32,331 nt of DNA, taken from contig JACQRZ010000015.1 of NCBI GenBank assembly GCA_016206235.1, forward strand, positions 1-32,331, in the 5' to 3' direction. Source of the stretch: Candidatus Uhrbacteria bacterium (lineage in GTDB: Bacteria > Patescibacteriota > Patescibacteriia > JACQRZ01). Of this stretch, positions 15,579 to 24,594 are shown piece by piece; position 1 is the first letter of the stretch, and every line of letters starts with the position of its first letter. A program made the position numbers and the translations under genes. The notes beneath the pieces are model-generated. The model searched no databases and was not told the origin of the DNA. It saw nothing but the letters and a program-made list of their open reading frames with translations.

Positions 15579-15725
15579 TTTGGTTGCCAGCTCATTATAA
15601 AATCTTACCGTTGTTATCTCGGTGACGAATCGAGAAAACGGAAGTCCGCGGCGACAAAGGTCGATTGGGTGAAACCCCGAGTCGTCGATGGTAAAATCGA
15701 ATTAATCTAAGAAAGACGATTTATT

Positions 15726-18700
15726 ATGACAAAATTTAGACAGATGGGAAAAAAGGCCCTGAACGTCGTAGTTACGTCATCTGTGATCACATGGTCAGTG
15801 GGTTTTGCAGCATTGGCTCCAGTCAGTGCAGCGCCATCATTGATGGCAGGCGATCTCATCAAGGCTTCTGGTCCCGCAGTGTACTATTATACTACTGACG
15901 GAAAGCGCGCACCTTTCCCAAATGATAAGGTCTTCAAGTCATGGTATGCAGATTACAGCATGGTGAAAACAATCACCGACGCTGAACTCGCAGCCATCTC
16001 ACTGAGCGGAACCAACATGACCTATCGTGCAGGTACCCGCCTCGTGAAAATTACCACCGATCCAAAGACCTATGCAGTCGAACCAGGCGGTTCACTTCGC
16101 TGGATTAAAGATGAAGCAACTGCAAAGGCTCTTTACGGCGATACATGGAATAAGCAGATTGATGATGTCGCTGACGTATTCTTCACCAACTACAGCAAGG
16201 GCGCTGATGTTGCATCGGCAACACCAACCGTCGGTAGCTTGGTCAAGACCGCAGGTTCAGCAGACATCCATTACATTGACACCACAGGCAAGCGCAAATT
16301 TAGCGATTCAACAGCGTTTGCAGCAAACGGAGTCCAGCTGAGTAATGTTCGCACCGTTGCTGACTCGGTTTTGGCCGGACTCACAACAGGAGCGCCAATT
16401 ACTGGCAAGGAATCGGCACTTGCAATGCCATGGGGTGGATCAACTCCAGTAGCCCCAACAAATCCAGCACCATCAGCTGGAACAGCTCTAACAGTTGCAT
16501 TGGGAGATACACCAGCAACAACGTCAATCGTTGCTGATACAACAGCTGGTGATGGCGCACAAGCACAGGCCAAAATGCTCGCTCTCAACCTTACCGCTGG
16601 CTCAGCCGCAGTGAAGGTTACGACCCTTAAATTGAAGAGACTTGGTATTTCAGCAGATACCGATGTTGCAAACGCATACTTGTATGACGGTTCAACACGC
16701 CTTGCTGAGATGTTGTCACTTTCATCTGGCGTCCTTACCTTCAGTAATGCAGCAGGACTGGTTACAGTCCCAGCAAGCTCAACAAAGAGCGTGTGGCTGA
16801 AGATCGACCTTACCAATGGAACGACGTCAGGAAAGACCCTTGGTTTTTCACTGAACGCAGCAGCTGATGTGACCACCGACGGCGCAACCGTTTCCGGCAC
16901 ATTCCCAGTTTCGGGTAACCTCATGTCAACAGCTTCAGTCGGTGATCTTGGTAAGCTCACCGTTGCAAACGTTTCGCCAACAGGTGCTGCAACCGTAGAT
17001 CCAGGACAGGAGAACTACCAGGCATGGCGCTTTAGCCTCCAGGCACAAGACCAAAAGGTTGAAGTTTCACGACTTGCTATGACCTTGATCGGTTCAGTCG
17101 CAACAACCGACCTTGCAAACTTCGATCTCTACGATGGAGCAACAAAACTTGGTTCTGTTGCAGCGTTGCCAGACGACAAAGTCTTGGTCTATGATCTCTC
17201 AGCAAGTCCATTGAAGATTGATGCAGGCGTGACTAAGAACCTCGACCTCAAACTCAAGGTCGTTGGCGGTTCATCACGCACCTTCAAGTTCTCGTTCCAG
17301 AAGCAGTCAGACATTGTCGTGAAGGACGCAAACTACAACATCTACCTCAAACCAAACCAGACAGACACCTTCACGGTTGTCCAGTCAAACAGTGCAACAA
17401 CCAATACCACGATCAACAGTGGTAGCATGACGACCAGCATCAATCCAGGCTCGCCATCAGGTAATGTTGCGCTCGGCGACACCAACGGCCCAGTCGTTGC
17501 CAAGTTCGATATCAAGGCAACAGGCGAAGCCCTTAAGGTAACAACCTTAACCGTGAGCGTTGCCTCAACAGGAAACGCAGGACTTGACCAAGGTAAGGTC
17601 GTTGTGAACGGCACCCAGCTCGGTTCAACAGCAGATATCACAGCTGCAGGAACAGCGTTTACTTTCGGTAACTCACTTACGATTGCAGCTGGTCAAACAG
17701 CAACGATCGCAGTGCACGCCAATCTCGTGAAGGCAGACGGCACCGCATACAATGCTGGTGATACCGCAACGGTGAGTCTCGCAGCGGGCAACAACAACGT
17801 CCAAGGCCTGACTTCACTCTCGCTTTTCAGCACATCGGCAGTTGCTGGCCGTACCCTTACGCTTCAGTCAGGAACCCTTTCCATTGGAAAGAGCCCTTCA
17901 TTGGTTGACTACACAGCGGCAGGCCCCGTAAATCCAACGGGCGCTCTCGGTGGTGTCACCAAGAAGATCGGCGCCTTCTTTGTGAAAGCAGGAACTGGCG
18001 AAGGTGTGAATGTTACCCAGCTTGTTCTTACTGACAACATCGGTACGAATGCTGATGGTATTACCTTGGCAGACGCATTCTCGGGCCTTAGTCTGAAGAA
18101 CAAGGATGGGAAAGATATCGGTTCACCAGCAAGCCAGTCGCTTGTTGACACCGATGCCACAACGTATACGTTTACCTTCTCACCAGCACTCGCATTGGCT
18201 GCAGACCAGGAGTATATCGTCAATGTCTACTCAGACATTCGTTCATCTCTTGGAGCAAGCTTGGCTAACGTAGGTGCCTTCAATGCACTTGGCGCAACCC
18301 AGCGCGGTGTTTCATTGACCTCAGTCAGCGGAACCGGCGCTTCGACAAATCGCGATGCATCAGCAACATTAACCGTTGCAAATGGCGCTGGACAGGCGAA
18401 CGTCCTTTCAGCAGCTGGAACGGTTACTGCAAGTGTTGAAACCAGCGATCCAATTGCATCAAGCTATGCAATGGGTATGCAGGATCAGACCCTTGCCAAA
18501 TTCAAGCTCACAGCATCGGCTGTTGAAAACCACACCCTTACTCGCTTGAGCATTCACTTGAGTGATGGCGATGGAACCGCAGACGAAGCAGCTGTTCGTT
18601 CGAACTTCCAGGATTTTGAACTCTGGGATGTCTCGGGCGCAACACCGGTAAAGGTGAACGCACAAAATGTTTTCAACGCATCTACAGTCGGAGCAAACAG

Positions 18701-19559
18701 CGATAACATGGACGGTGTTGTTGCCTTCAGTGGCTTGAGCTACACCTTGCCAAAGGATACGCCAAAAACATTCGCCCTTAAGGCAGATGCAGCAAGCTAT
18801 CCAGTAGCAACTTCAGGTGCTATGCTCACCTTCTCGCTCCAGACCGATGACGGTGCTGATGATCTTACAACAGCAGTTGCGATCACTGGCGCAGACTCGG
18901 GCGCAACAGCAACAGTAGACCCTGCAGCCGACCAATTAGCAGCAGCAGCAAGCATCTATCGCTCGAAGCTCTCTGTTGCCTATGGCGCTGATTCTCCTTC
19001 AGGAGCAAGCAGTGGCCAGTCAGGTCAGCTTGTTGCAAAGATGGTCTTCACCAACACCTCACCAGGTGGCTACGATATCACCTTGGCGAAGTACAAGCCT
19101 GACTTGGCTTCGACCATCACCATCCCAGCAGCAGCAGCAAATAGCACCACGTTGCGCGATGTCATCATCTATCGCGACAGTATTGCAACAGCAAATGCGC
19201 TTGCCACACTCCGTTTCTGTACTCGAAGTACAGTCGCATGCGCGGCATCAGCAGGAACAGTTACGGTTGTCGGATACGGTGACAATGCAACAGGTAGCTT
19301 TACCACAAGCAACGTAGCTGAAGCAGCGTTTACCGACCTCGTCATCTCGGCAGGTCAGTCGAGAACGCTCTGGATTACTGCAGACACACCGGATGCAGTT
19401 GCAGGCCGCAGCTTTAGCGTCAATGTTGGCTCAAATCGTGGCGCTACCAACAACACTGCAGACGATGCTGACTCTGTGAACTGGACTGACGGCGTTACAG
19501 CGGTCATTGACGACCTCAATAACGTTCCAATCGCTCCAGCGAAGACCGTTACCTACTAA
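15726..19559 (+). CDS. Large secreted surface (S-layer-like) protein, 1277 aa
   Basis: It has a signal peptide (…FAALAPVSA/AP) and a duplicated N-terminal module (GDLIKASGPAVYYYTTDGKRAPFPN... / GSLVKTAGSADIHYIDTTGKRKFSD...). The rest is ~1000 aa of Thr/Ala/Ser/Gly/Val-rich beta-repeat-like sequence that is nearly Cys-free and poor in charged residues. There is no LPXTG motif. Confidence 0.8.
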   Translation: MTKFRQMGKKALNVVVTSSVITWSVGFAALAPVSAAPSLMAGDLIKASGPAVYYYTTDGKRAPFPNDKVFKSWYADYSMVKTITDAELAAISLSGTNMTYRAGTRLVKITTDPKTYAVEPGGSLRWIKDEATAKALYGDTWNKQIDDVADVFFTNYSKGADVASATPTVGSLVKTAGSADIHYIDTTGKRKFSDSTAFAANGVQLSNVRTVADSVLAGLTTGAPITGKESALAMPWGGSTPVAPTNPAPSAGTALTVALGDTPATTSIVADTTAGDGAQAQAKMLALNLTAGSAAVKVTTLKLKRLGISADTDVANAYLYDGSTRLAEMLSLSSGVLTFSNAAGLVTVPASSTKSVWLKIDLTNGTTSGKTLGFSLNAAADVTTDGATVSGTFPVSGNLMSTASVGDLGKLTVANVSPTGAATVDPGQENYQAWRFSLQAQDQKVEVSRLAMTLIGSVATTDLANFDLYDGATKLGSVAALPDDKVLVYDLSASPLKIDAGVTKNLDLKLKVVGGSSRTFKFSFQKQSDIVVKDANYNIYLKPNQTDTFTVVQSNSATTNTTINSGSMTTSINPGSPSGNVALGDTNGPVVAKFDIKATGEALKVTTLTVSVASTGNAGLDQGKVVVNGTQLGSTADITAAGTAFTFGNSLTIAAGQTATIAVHANLVKADGTAYNAGDTATVSLAAGNNNVQGLTSLSLFSTSAVAGRTLTLQSGTLSIGKSPSLVDYTAAGPVNPTGALGGVTKKIGAFFVKAGTGEGVNVTQLVLTDNIGTNADGITLADAFSGLSLKNKDGKDIGSPASQSLVDTDATTYTFTFSPALALAADQEYIVNVYSDIRSSLGASLANVGAFNALGATQRGVSLTSVSGTGASTNRDASATLTVANGAGQANVLSAAGTVTASVETSDPIASSYAMGMQDQTLAKFKLTASAVENHTLTRLSIHLSDGDGTADEAAVRSNFQDFELWDVSGATPVKVNAQNVFNASTVGANSDNMDGVVAFSGLSYTLPKDTPKTFALKADAASYPVATSGAMLTFSLQTDDGADDLTTAVAITGADSGATATVDPAADQLAAAASIYRSKLSVAYGADSPSGASSGQSGQLVAKMVFTNTSPGGYDITLAKYKPDLASTITIPAAAANSTTLRDVIIYRDSIATANALATLRFCTRSTVACAASAGTVTVVGYGDNATGSFTTSNVAEAAFTDLVISAGQSRTLWITADTPDAVAGRSFSVNVGSNRGATNNTADDADSVNWTDGVTAVIDDLNNVPIAPAKTVTY

Positions 19560-19613
19560 CCCTAGGTATGCCGTAGCCCTAACGGGCGAAAGCGAATGGT
19601 TTCGAGAAACTTC

Positions 19614-19652
19614 AAAGCCCTTGTCTTTATGGCAGGGGCTTTGTTGTATTTT
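19614..19652 (+). terminator. Intrinsic terminator after the large surface-protein gene
   Basis: AAAGCCCTTGTC-tttatg-GCAGGGGCTTT forms a ~10-bp stem including one G:U pair, followed by GTTGTATTTTA. Confidence 0.6.
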
Positions 19653-19739
19653 ATGGTGAGGGCATGCCCGCCTGAGTTTTCCGAAGGAAAAGTCTGGCTG
19701 GGGTTGCTTTTTTTTTCGCTTTCCTTACAATTTTGACGT

Positions 19740-20432
19740 ATGGAGAAGAAATATGTATTTGGTATTGCATTACTCATCCTTGTGCTTGCAGGTGCGGGGG
19801 CGGCTTTGTATGTGTTGCCAAAAATGTCGTCGCCTGATGAACAATTGCAGGACTATGCTCTCTTAGAGTCTCTTGCAGCCAAAACACCCGAATCTCAGGA
19901 ATTTTTTGAAAAAGCACGTAACCAAGATGAGGAAATTCGTGAAAACCCTCACAATTTAGACGCTTATGTTGCTGCTTCGTTAAGTTGGAAAGCGCTTGGG
20001 AGTATGACTGGAGAAAAAGCGTTTTATCAGCACGCGCGAGCAGTTATTCACCAACAGATTAAAAGGCCAGGAGGAGAAAATGCTGGAAATTATTTGAATC
20101 TTGGAAATCTCTCACGGCTTTTAGGAGAACAAGATAAGGCGATTCGTTATTACCGTAAAGGAATAGAGCTAGCTCCGGGAGACGAACAGGCACATATAGC
20201 GCTTGCAAATTACTACCGCGAGCTTGAAAAAAGCCCCGATGAGGTTATAGCCGTGTATAAAGAGGGCTTGCGGCGTGTTGCGCAGAGGAATGTCAGTCTC
20301 ATTTTGGAAATGGCTAACTATATGACGCTCGTAGGAAGGAAACAAGAGGCGCGGGAGTTGTATATATTGCTTTTTGAAAAAGATCCGTCAAATCCGTACT
20401 TTCGAGCAAAAATTGACGAGCTTTCAAAATAA
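19740..20432 (+). CDS. N-terminally membrane-anchored TPR-repeat protein
   Basis: 230 aa. TM segment FGIALLILVLAGAGAALYVL, then TPR-like helices (NYLNLGNLSRLLGEQDKAIRYYRKGIELAPGDEQAHIALANYY...). Confidence 0.8.
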   Translation: MEKKYVFGIALLILVLAGAGAALYVLPKMSSPDEQLQDYALLESLAAKTPESQEFFEKARNQDEEIRENPHNLDAYVAASLSWKALGSMTGEKAFYQHARAVIHQQIKRPGGENAGNYLNLGNLSRLLGEQDKAIRYYRKGIELAPGDEQAHIALANYYRELEKSPDEVIAVYKEGLRRVAQRNVSLILEMANYMTLVGRKQEARELYILLFEKDPSNPYFRAKIDELSK

Positions 20433-20497
20433 TTACCCTTGACACGGCAGTATAAACCTATAACCTAGTCCCTATAATCTATAATCTCATACACTCT

Positions 20498-20980
20498 ATG
20501 GATCAGCAGATGCCGTCGGCTCCGATGAATACCTACGTCGAACCAAAAAGACGGGTATCGGTCTGGAAAGTCGTTTTTTATCTCATTCTTGCCGCTCTTG
20601 TTGTATGGATTGCCTATGCGATTTGGCGCGGTTACGAACAGAGCAAGCTGTATTCGGTTGTCTACCTCCGAACGGGGGATATTTACGTTGGAAAGCTTTC
20701 GTTTTTCCCTAAAACAATCTTAAAAGACCCCTATATTTTGAGCGGTACCAAGGATGAAAAAGATCCAAAAAAGAACTCATTTAAACTCAGTCCGCTTCGA
20801 GAAAGCGTGTGGAACACCAAGCGCTTGACCCTCAATAAAGATCAAATTATGTTCCACGGCCTTTTAGACAAGGATAGCGCCGCAGGCAAAGCGCTTATGG
20901 CCGGACCGCAAGCGCAGCAGCAAGCCCCCGCTCAAGAGGTACCACCAGTACAGCAAGTTCCTGCACCCCAAGTAAAATAG
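20498..20980 (+). CDS. Hypothetical single-pass membrane protein with a Gln/Pro-rich tail
   Basis: 160 aa. TM segment VWKVVFYLILAALVVWIAYAIW and C-terminus PQAQQQAPAQEVPPVQQVPAPQVK. I recognise no family. Confidence 0.6.
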   Translation: MDQQMPSAPMNTYVEPKRRVSVWKVVFYLILAALVVWIAYAIWRGYEQSKLYSVVYLRTGDIYVGKLSFFPKTILKDPYILSGTKDEKDPKKNSFKLSPLRESVWNTKRLTLNKDQIMFHGLLDKDSAAGKALMAGPQAQQQAPAQEVPPVQQVPAPQVK

Positions 20981-20984
20981 TATC

Positions 20985-21012
20985 AAAACGCGCTTCACTA
21001 GCGCGTTTTTTT
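20985..21012 (+). terminator. Intrinsic terminator
   Basis: AAAACGCGC-ttcacta-GCGCGTTTTTTT: a GC-rich stem followed by T7. Confidence 0.8.
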
Positions 21013-21100
21013 GTACTTATACACAGACACGGAGAAATAAGTAGTGTATACTGTAAAGAACCTGGCAGACATGCCATGTTTAACTATTTGTAATTAACTA

Positions 21101-23353
21101 ATGCAAAATACTATGCAACATGCGATTCGGAAACGAAGGAACGCGGCTCTTGCTGGAGCACTGTCCTTCGTTTTTTTGTTTAGCGGCACTACGCAGGCGC
21201 ACGCCGCGCTTACGTTTGATGCGACATCTGTTACAAGCGATGGCGCACTTTCGTTTACTACAGCGTCAAACGGAAGTCTTACCATTACACCAAACGGTAC
21301 AGGCGACATAATACTCTTAACCGATGGAGATTCACAACTTTCACTCAGAGGCAACACTCCATTGGAGTTTGAAGGACTTACCGTCGATGCCAATGATACA
21401 AGTTTTATTATTACCGAGCCAACAGGAGCGAGAACTATCACTTTTCCAGATGCAAGCGGGGATATCGTGCTTAATTCAACCACGCAGACATTGACGAACA
21501 AAACTCTCACCTCGCCGCGGCTTGGCACCAGTGTTCTCGATACCAACGGAAACGAGTTGTTGCTTCTGACTGCAACAGGAACCGCAGTCAATGAAATTAC
21601 TCTTGCAAATGCAGCAGCAGGCGGTTCACCACTATTGGCAGCTTCTGGTAACGATGCAACAATTGATCTTGAACTTCGGGCAAAAGGCGCGCGCGATGTG
21701 ATGATTACCACAAGCGTTGCCAATGCTGATCACCTCCATTTGCGCCCAGCAACAGGTGGAGGGGCAGCCTTTAACGGAATTATTACAAGCGCAGACATTA
21801 CTGGCGCAGACAAGACATGGACGTTCCCGGACGCAACCGGTACTGTTCCACTCTTGCAGACGGTAAATTCATGGACAAATACTCAGATGATTTTTACGAC
21901 CACAGGTACCGATGACCAGTTTAACCTTTATGTGACTCCAGGTGGCGCGGGACGTTTTGCGGGAAGTCTGACACCAGCAGATCTTACTGCAAATCGAACA
22001 TGGACGCTGCCAAATGTGGACGGAAATGTTGTTACTACGGGTGATACCGGAACTGTTACAAGCGCGATGATTGGCGCAAACGTAGTCGGCATGGCAGACC
22101 TCGCTCGTGGAACCAATGGACAGATTATTGTTGCAAACACTGGCGCTGACGCAGCATATGTCTCGCTTTCAGGCGACGCAACATTGGCAGCAAACGGCGC
22201 TCTTACAATCGCAAACGATGCAATTACCTCAGCAAAAATTGCTGCAAACGTAGTCGGCATGGCAGACCTCGCTCGTGGAACCAATGGACAGATTATTGTT
22301 GCAAACACTGGCGCTGACGCAGCATATGTCTCGCTTTCTGGCGACGCAACATTGGCAGCAAACGGCGCTCTTACCATTGCAAATGATGCAGTTACTTCAG
22401 CAAAGATCGCGGCAAATGTAGTAGATGCGTCTGATTTGGCAGCAACGCTCACCTTTGCAGATAACGATCTTATTGATCTTGGTTCGGTGACGTATGCTGA
22501 TGGCACCGCTGGTGGATTGAAGTTGCCAAATGTTGGTGCAACACCGACCGATGTTACCGGAGCTACAGAAGGATATATTGCGTGGGATGAAACAAATAAC
22601 CTCTTACTCCTCAACGATGGCGCGGCATGGAATGCACTCGCAGGTAGCGTGAGCGGAAACAACACATGGACCGGCACTAATGCATTCAATGGAGCATCAG
22701 TTACGCTCGGTGATGCTGTTACAGATGGTCTCACCGTTAATTCAGCGATATTGGGAGCAAATGCATTAATTTTTGATGGCGCAACAGATAACACAAATGA
22801 AATTACATTGGCCGTAAGTGATCCAGGTGCAGATGTCACTGTTACATTACCAGCACAAACAGGAAACATTGCGCTCGACACCGGTGGCGAAACAGTAGGT
22901 AATGTCATTCTTGCAACTGAAATTGACACCAGTGCTGAATTCAAGGCAATAGTGGGCGATGAAACAGGAACAGGAGGAGCGCTCGTATTTGCAACATCTC
23001 CGACAATCGCGACACCAACCTTTACTGGCAATGTCACAAAATCAGTGCAGGTAGGCGTAACAGCCTTTGCAGGAGGCGGTCAAGCTAACGCAGTGGCAAT
23101 CACAGCAGATATCGTTGAGGTTACAACCGTTGCAACTGCCGCAGATTCAGTAAAGTTGCCTGCAGCAGCAGCGGGACTTCAAGTTACGGTCGTCAATAAA
23201 GCAGCAGCGAATTCAATGAATCTTTTCCCGGCAGCTGGAGACGCGATTAACGAAACTGCCGCTGATACAGCGTATGCAGTTGCAGCAAAAGTGAAGGTGA
23301 TTTGTACTGCTTTTGATGCGACGAACTGGGAATGTCAGAAGATGGCTCGTTAA
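21101..23353 (+). CDS. Secreted fibre-like protein (750 aa) with phage-tail-fibre-like motifs
   Basis: It has a signal peptide (…SGTTQAHA/AL) and a recurring xTxT(F/L)Pxxx G(D/T/N)(I/V) motif (TITFPDASGDIVL, WTFPDATGTVPL, WTLPNVDGNVVT, VTLPAQTGNIAL). The QTLTNKTLTSP motif also recalls phage tail-fibre / structural proteins to me. Composition is Ala/Thr/Gly/Asn-rich. The C-terminal ~110 aa globular region ends ...CTAFDATNWECQKMAR. Confidence 0.75.
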   Translation: MQNTMQHAIRKRRNAALAGALSFVFLFSGTTQAHAALTFDATSVTSDGALSFTTASNGSLTITPNGTGDIILLTDGDSQLSLRGNTPLEFEGLTVDANDTSFIITEPTGARTITFPDASGDIVLNSTTQTLTNKTLTSPRLGTSVLDTNGNELLLLTATGTAVNEITLANAAAGGSPLLAASGNDATIDLELRAKGARDVMITTSVANADHLHLRPATGGGAAFNGIITSADITGADKTWTFPDATGTVPLLQTVNSWTNTQMIFTTTGTDDQFNLYVTPGGAGRFAGSLTPADLTANRTWTLPNVDGNVVTTGDTGTVTSAMIGANVVGMADLARGTNGQIIVANTGADAAYVSLSGDATLAANGALTIANDAITSAKIAANVVGMADLARGTNGQIIVANTGADAAYVSLSGDATLAANGALTIANDAVTSAKIAANVVDASDLAATLTFADNDLIDLGSVTYADGTAGGLKLPNVGATPTDVTGATEGYIAWDETNNLLLLNDGAAWNALAGSVSGNNTWTGTNAFNGASVTLGDAVTDGLTVNSAILGANALIFDGATDNTNEITLAVSDPGADVTVTLPAQTGNIALDTGGETVGNVILATEIDTSAEFKAIVGDETGTGGALVFATSPTIATPTFTGNVTKSVQVGVTAFAGGGQANAVAITADIVEVTTVATAADSVKLPAAAAGLQVTVVNKAAANSMNLFPAAGDAINETAADTAYAVAAKVKVICTAFDATNWECQKMAR
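22070..22405 (+). repeat. Near-identical in-frame tandem duplication, 2 x 168 bp (56 aa), with a degenerate third copy starting at 22406
   Basis: 22070-22237 and 22238-22405 both encode I(G/A)ANVVGMADLARGTNGQIIVANTGADAAYVSLSGDATLAANGALTIANDA(I/V)TSAK. By my by-eye comparison about 10 nucleotide differences separate the copies, and one stretch of >90 nt is identical. Confidence 0.95.
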
Positions 23354-23382
23354 TCTAACCTAAACCATTCAATCCATAACCT

Positions 23383-24513
23383 ATGTTGATATCAACTAAG
23401 ATCAAAGTTGGATTGGGGATAGCTGGTTTAGGAGTGCTCGGTTTGATGTCGCCTGTATACGCTGGCGATCTCAACTGGAGCGCTGATACCCCTATCAGTG
23501 TTGGTGGTCAGAGTCTCACCATTCGATCAGGCTCAGAGGCAACCAACATGGTTGTTGGAACTTCAACCTTAACTGTAACAGTTGCTTCGGGAGATAGCTT
23601 TACTCTTGCTTCATCAGAGCGAAAAGCTTTTGTTACCAGTCCAAATATTGATGGAACCTGCACCTCATCTGAAAATGCTATAACCGTTACGGGGGCAAAC
23701 ACCGTTGTGATTACTCCTCAGGGGACTGTCTGTGTAAGGGCTGTTGCCGTAGTTGGCGGCGGCGGTTCAACACCTGCACCAGCTCCAACAGCACCCGCAC
23801 CTACCCCAACTCCAACAACAAAGCCTGCTCCAGCCCCAACTTCCACAACCACTTCAGCTCCAGCACCTACGCAAACACCAGCAGCACCAGTTGACCGCGC
23901 TGCGCAATTAACAGCAATTCTTGAAGAAGCAAAATCGATATCGGGTGTAAGTAAGGAATTGCCCAAGGCTATTGAAAAGGGCGTACTTACCCTCGAAGAA
24001 AAACTCTCGGTCTTAGAGGTTAAACCTACAGAGGTCGTGCTTAAAGTTATTGAAAAAGTTGTCCCCGAAACGGTAACTCGTGCAACCGCGGCAGTTGCCA
24101 CAAAGTTTATTGCCGATGGTACGCCCACAACCATGCAGCTTGGCGCAGGGGAGCGCGCAGGCGTTGTGAATAGTTACAAAGCGGCTTTTGGTAGCCTGCC
24201 TACAAACGAAGCAGAGTGGCAGGATGTTGTCAAAATCGCTAACGGACGTTTTCCAAGCCAAACAAACGCTGAGTCAGAAAAACGCGCAGAGCTTTCGTTT
24301 AAGACCATCTACAACCGCGCTCCAAATCGTAAGAGTCCCAATGATGACGCAGCAGTTGTGGTAATGGCCTATGGTTTGAGAACCGCAACTCGTAATATGC
24401 AAAGTGAGTCAGCAGCTATCAAGAGCTACAAGGCGATCTTCAAGAGAGCACCGGTTGCAGCCACTGCTTGGGATGCAGTTCGTGCTATAGCATATTCCGG
24501 AGCAAAACGATAG
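23383..24513 (+). CDS. Secreted/anchored protein: N-terminal beta domain, Pro/Thr/Ala linker, C-terminal triple-repeat domain
   Basis: 376 aa. Signal/anchor GLGIAGLGVLGLMSPVYA; linker GGGGSTPAPAPTAPAPTPTPTTKPAPAPTSTTTSAPAPTQTPAAP. The C-terminus has three related segments (SYKAAFGSLPTNEAEWQDVVKIANG / SFKTIYNRAPNRKSPNDDAAVVVMAYG / SYKAIFKRAPVAATAWDAVRAIAYSG). Confidence 0.7.
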   Translation: MLISTKIKVGLGIAGLGVLGLMSPVYAGDLNWSADTPISVGGQSLTIRSGSEATNMVVGTSTLTVTVASGDSFTLASSERKAFVTSPNIDGTCTSSENAITVTGANTVVITPQGTVCVRAVAVVGGGGSTPAPAPTAPAPTPTPTTKPAPAPTSTTTSAPAPTQTPAAPVDRAAQLTAILEEAKSISGVSKELPKAIEKGVLTLEEKLSVLEVKPTEVVLKVIEKVVPETVTRATAAVATKFIADGTPTTMQLGAGERAGVVNSYKAAFGSLPTNEAEWQDVVKIANGRFPSQTNAESEKRAELSFKTIYNRAPNRKSPNDDAAVVVMAYGLRTATRNMQSESAAIKSYKAIFKRAPVAATAWDAVRAIAYSGAKR

Positions 24514-24554
24514 AAACACGGGAATTGACATTCACAAGAATGTCATTAAGATAC

Positions 24555-24583
24555 AACCAGCTTTTACGCTGGTTTTGTCTTTT
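24555..24583 (+). terminator. Intrinsic terminator
   Basis: AACCAGC-ttttac-GCTGGTT followed by TTGTCTTTT. It is preceded by a second hairpin, TGACATTC-acaa-GAATGTCA. Confidence 0.6.
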
Positions 24584-24594
24584 ATGCACATACT

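Noticed and set aside
15600-15725. Riboswitch in the leader of the surface-protein gene
   Set aside because: The small stems present do not match the conserved cores of any class I can recall (c-di-GMP, SAM, preQ1, fluoride, guanidine, ZTP, TPP). I report it only as an unexplained structured leader.
16271-16960. Long antisense ORFs (16271-16960; also 21094-21723, 21928-23037, 23718-24134, 17342-17641, 17909-18223)
   Set aside because: They lie opposite Ala/Thr/Gly/Val-rich genes, whose GCN/ACN/GTN codon bias keeps the antisense frames open. The translations are low-complexity (A/P/S/V-rich) with no motifs. The sense-strand products have signal peptides and coherent repeat structure.
20439-20478. 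TTGACA (20439-20444) with downstream TATAAT boxes (20473-20478 and the next copy) as a promoter for 20498
   Set aside because: The spacing from the -35-like hexamer to the first TATAAT is 28 nt. The TATAAT strings are part of a CCTATAA-type unit repeat, so the match is probably incidental.
22070-22405. The near-identical 168-bp copies as a DGR template/variable repeat pair
   Set aside because: The copies are adjacent and in-frame within one gene. The differences are not confined to adenine positions of one copy (c/t, a/g, a/c and g/c changes are all seen). No reverse transcriptase or accessory gene is present.
15726-23353. Higher G+C of the large surface-protein genes as evidence of horizontal transfer
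   Set aside because: The shift is explained by amino-acid composition (Ala, Gly, Thr, Pro codons). The flanking spacers, start contexts and terminator style match the rest of the window.
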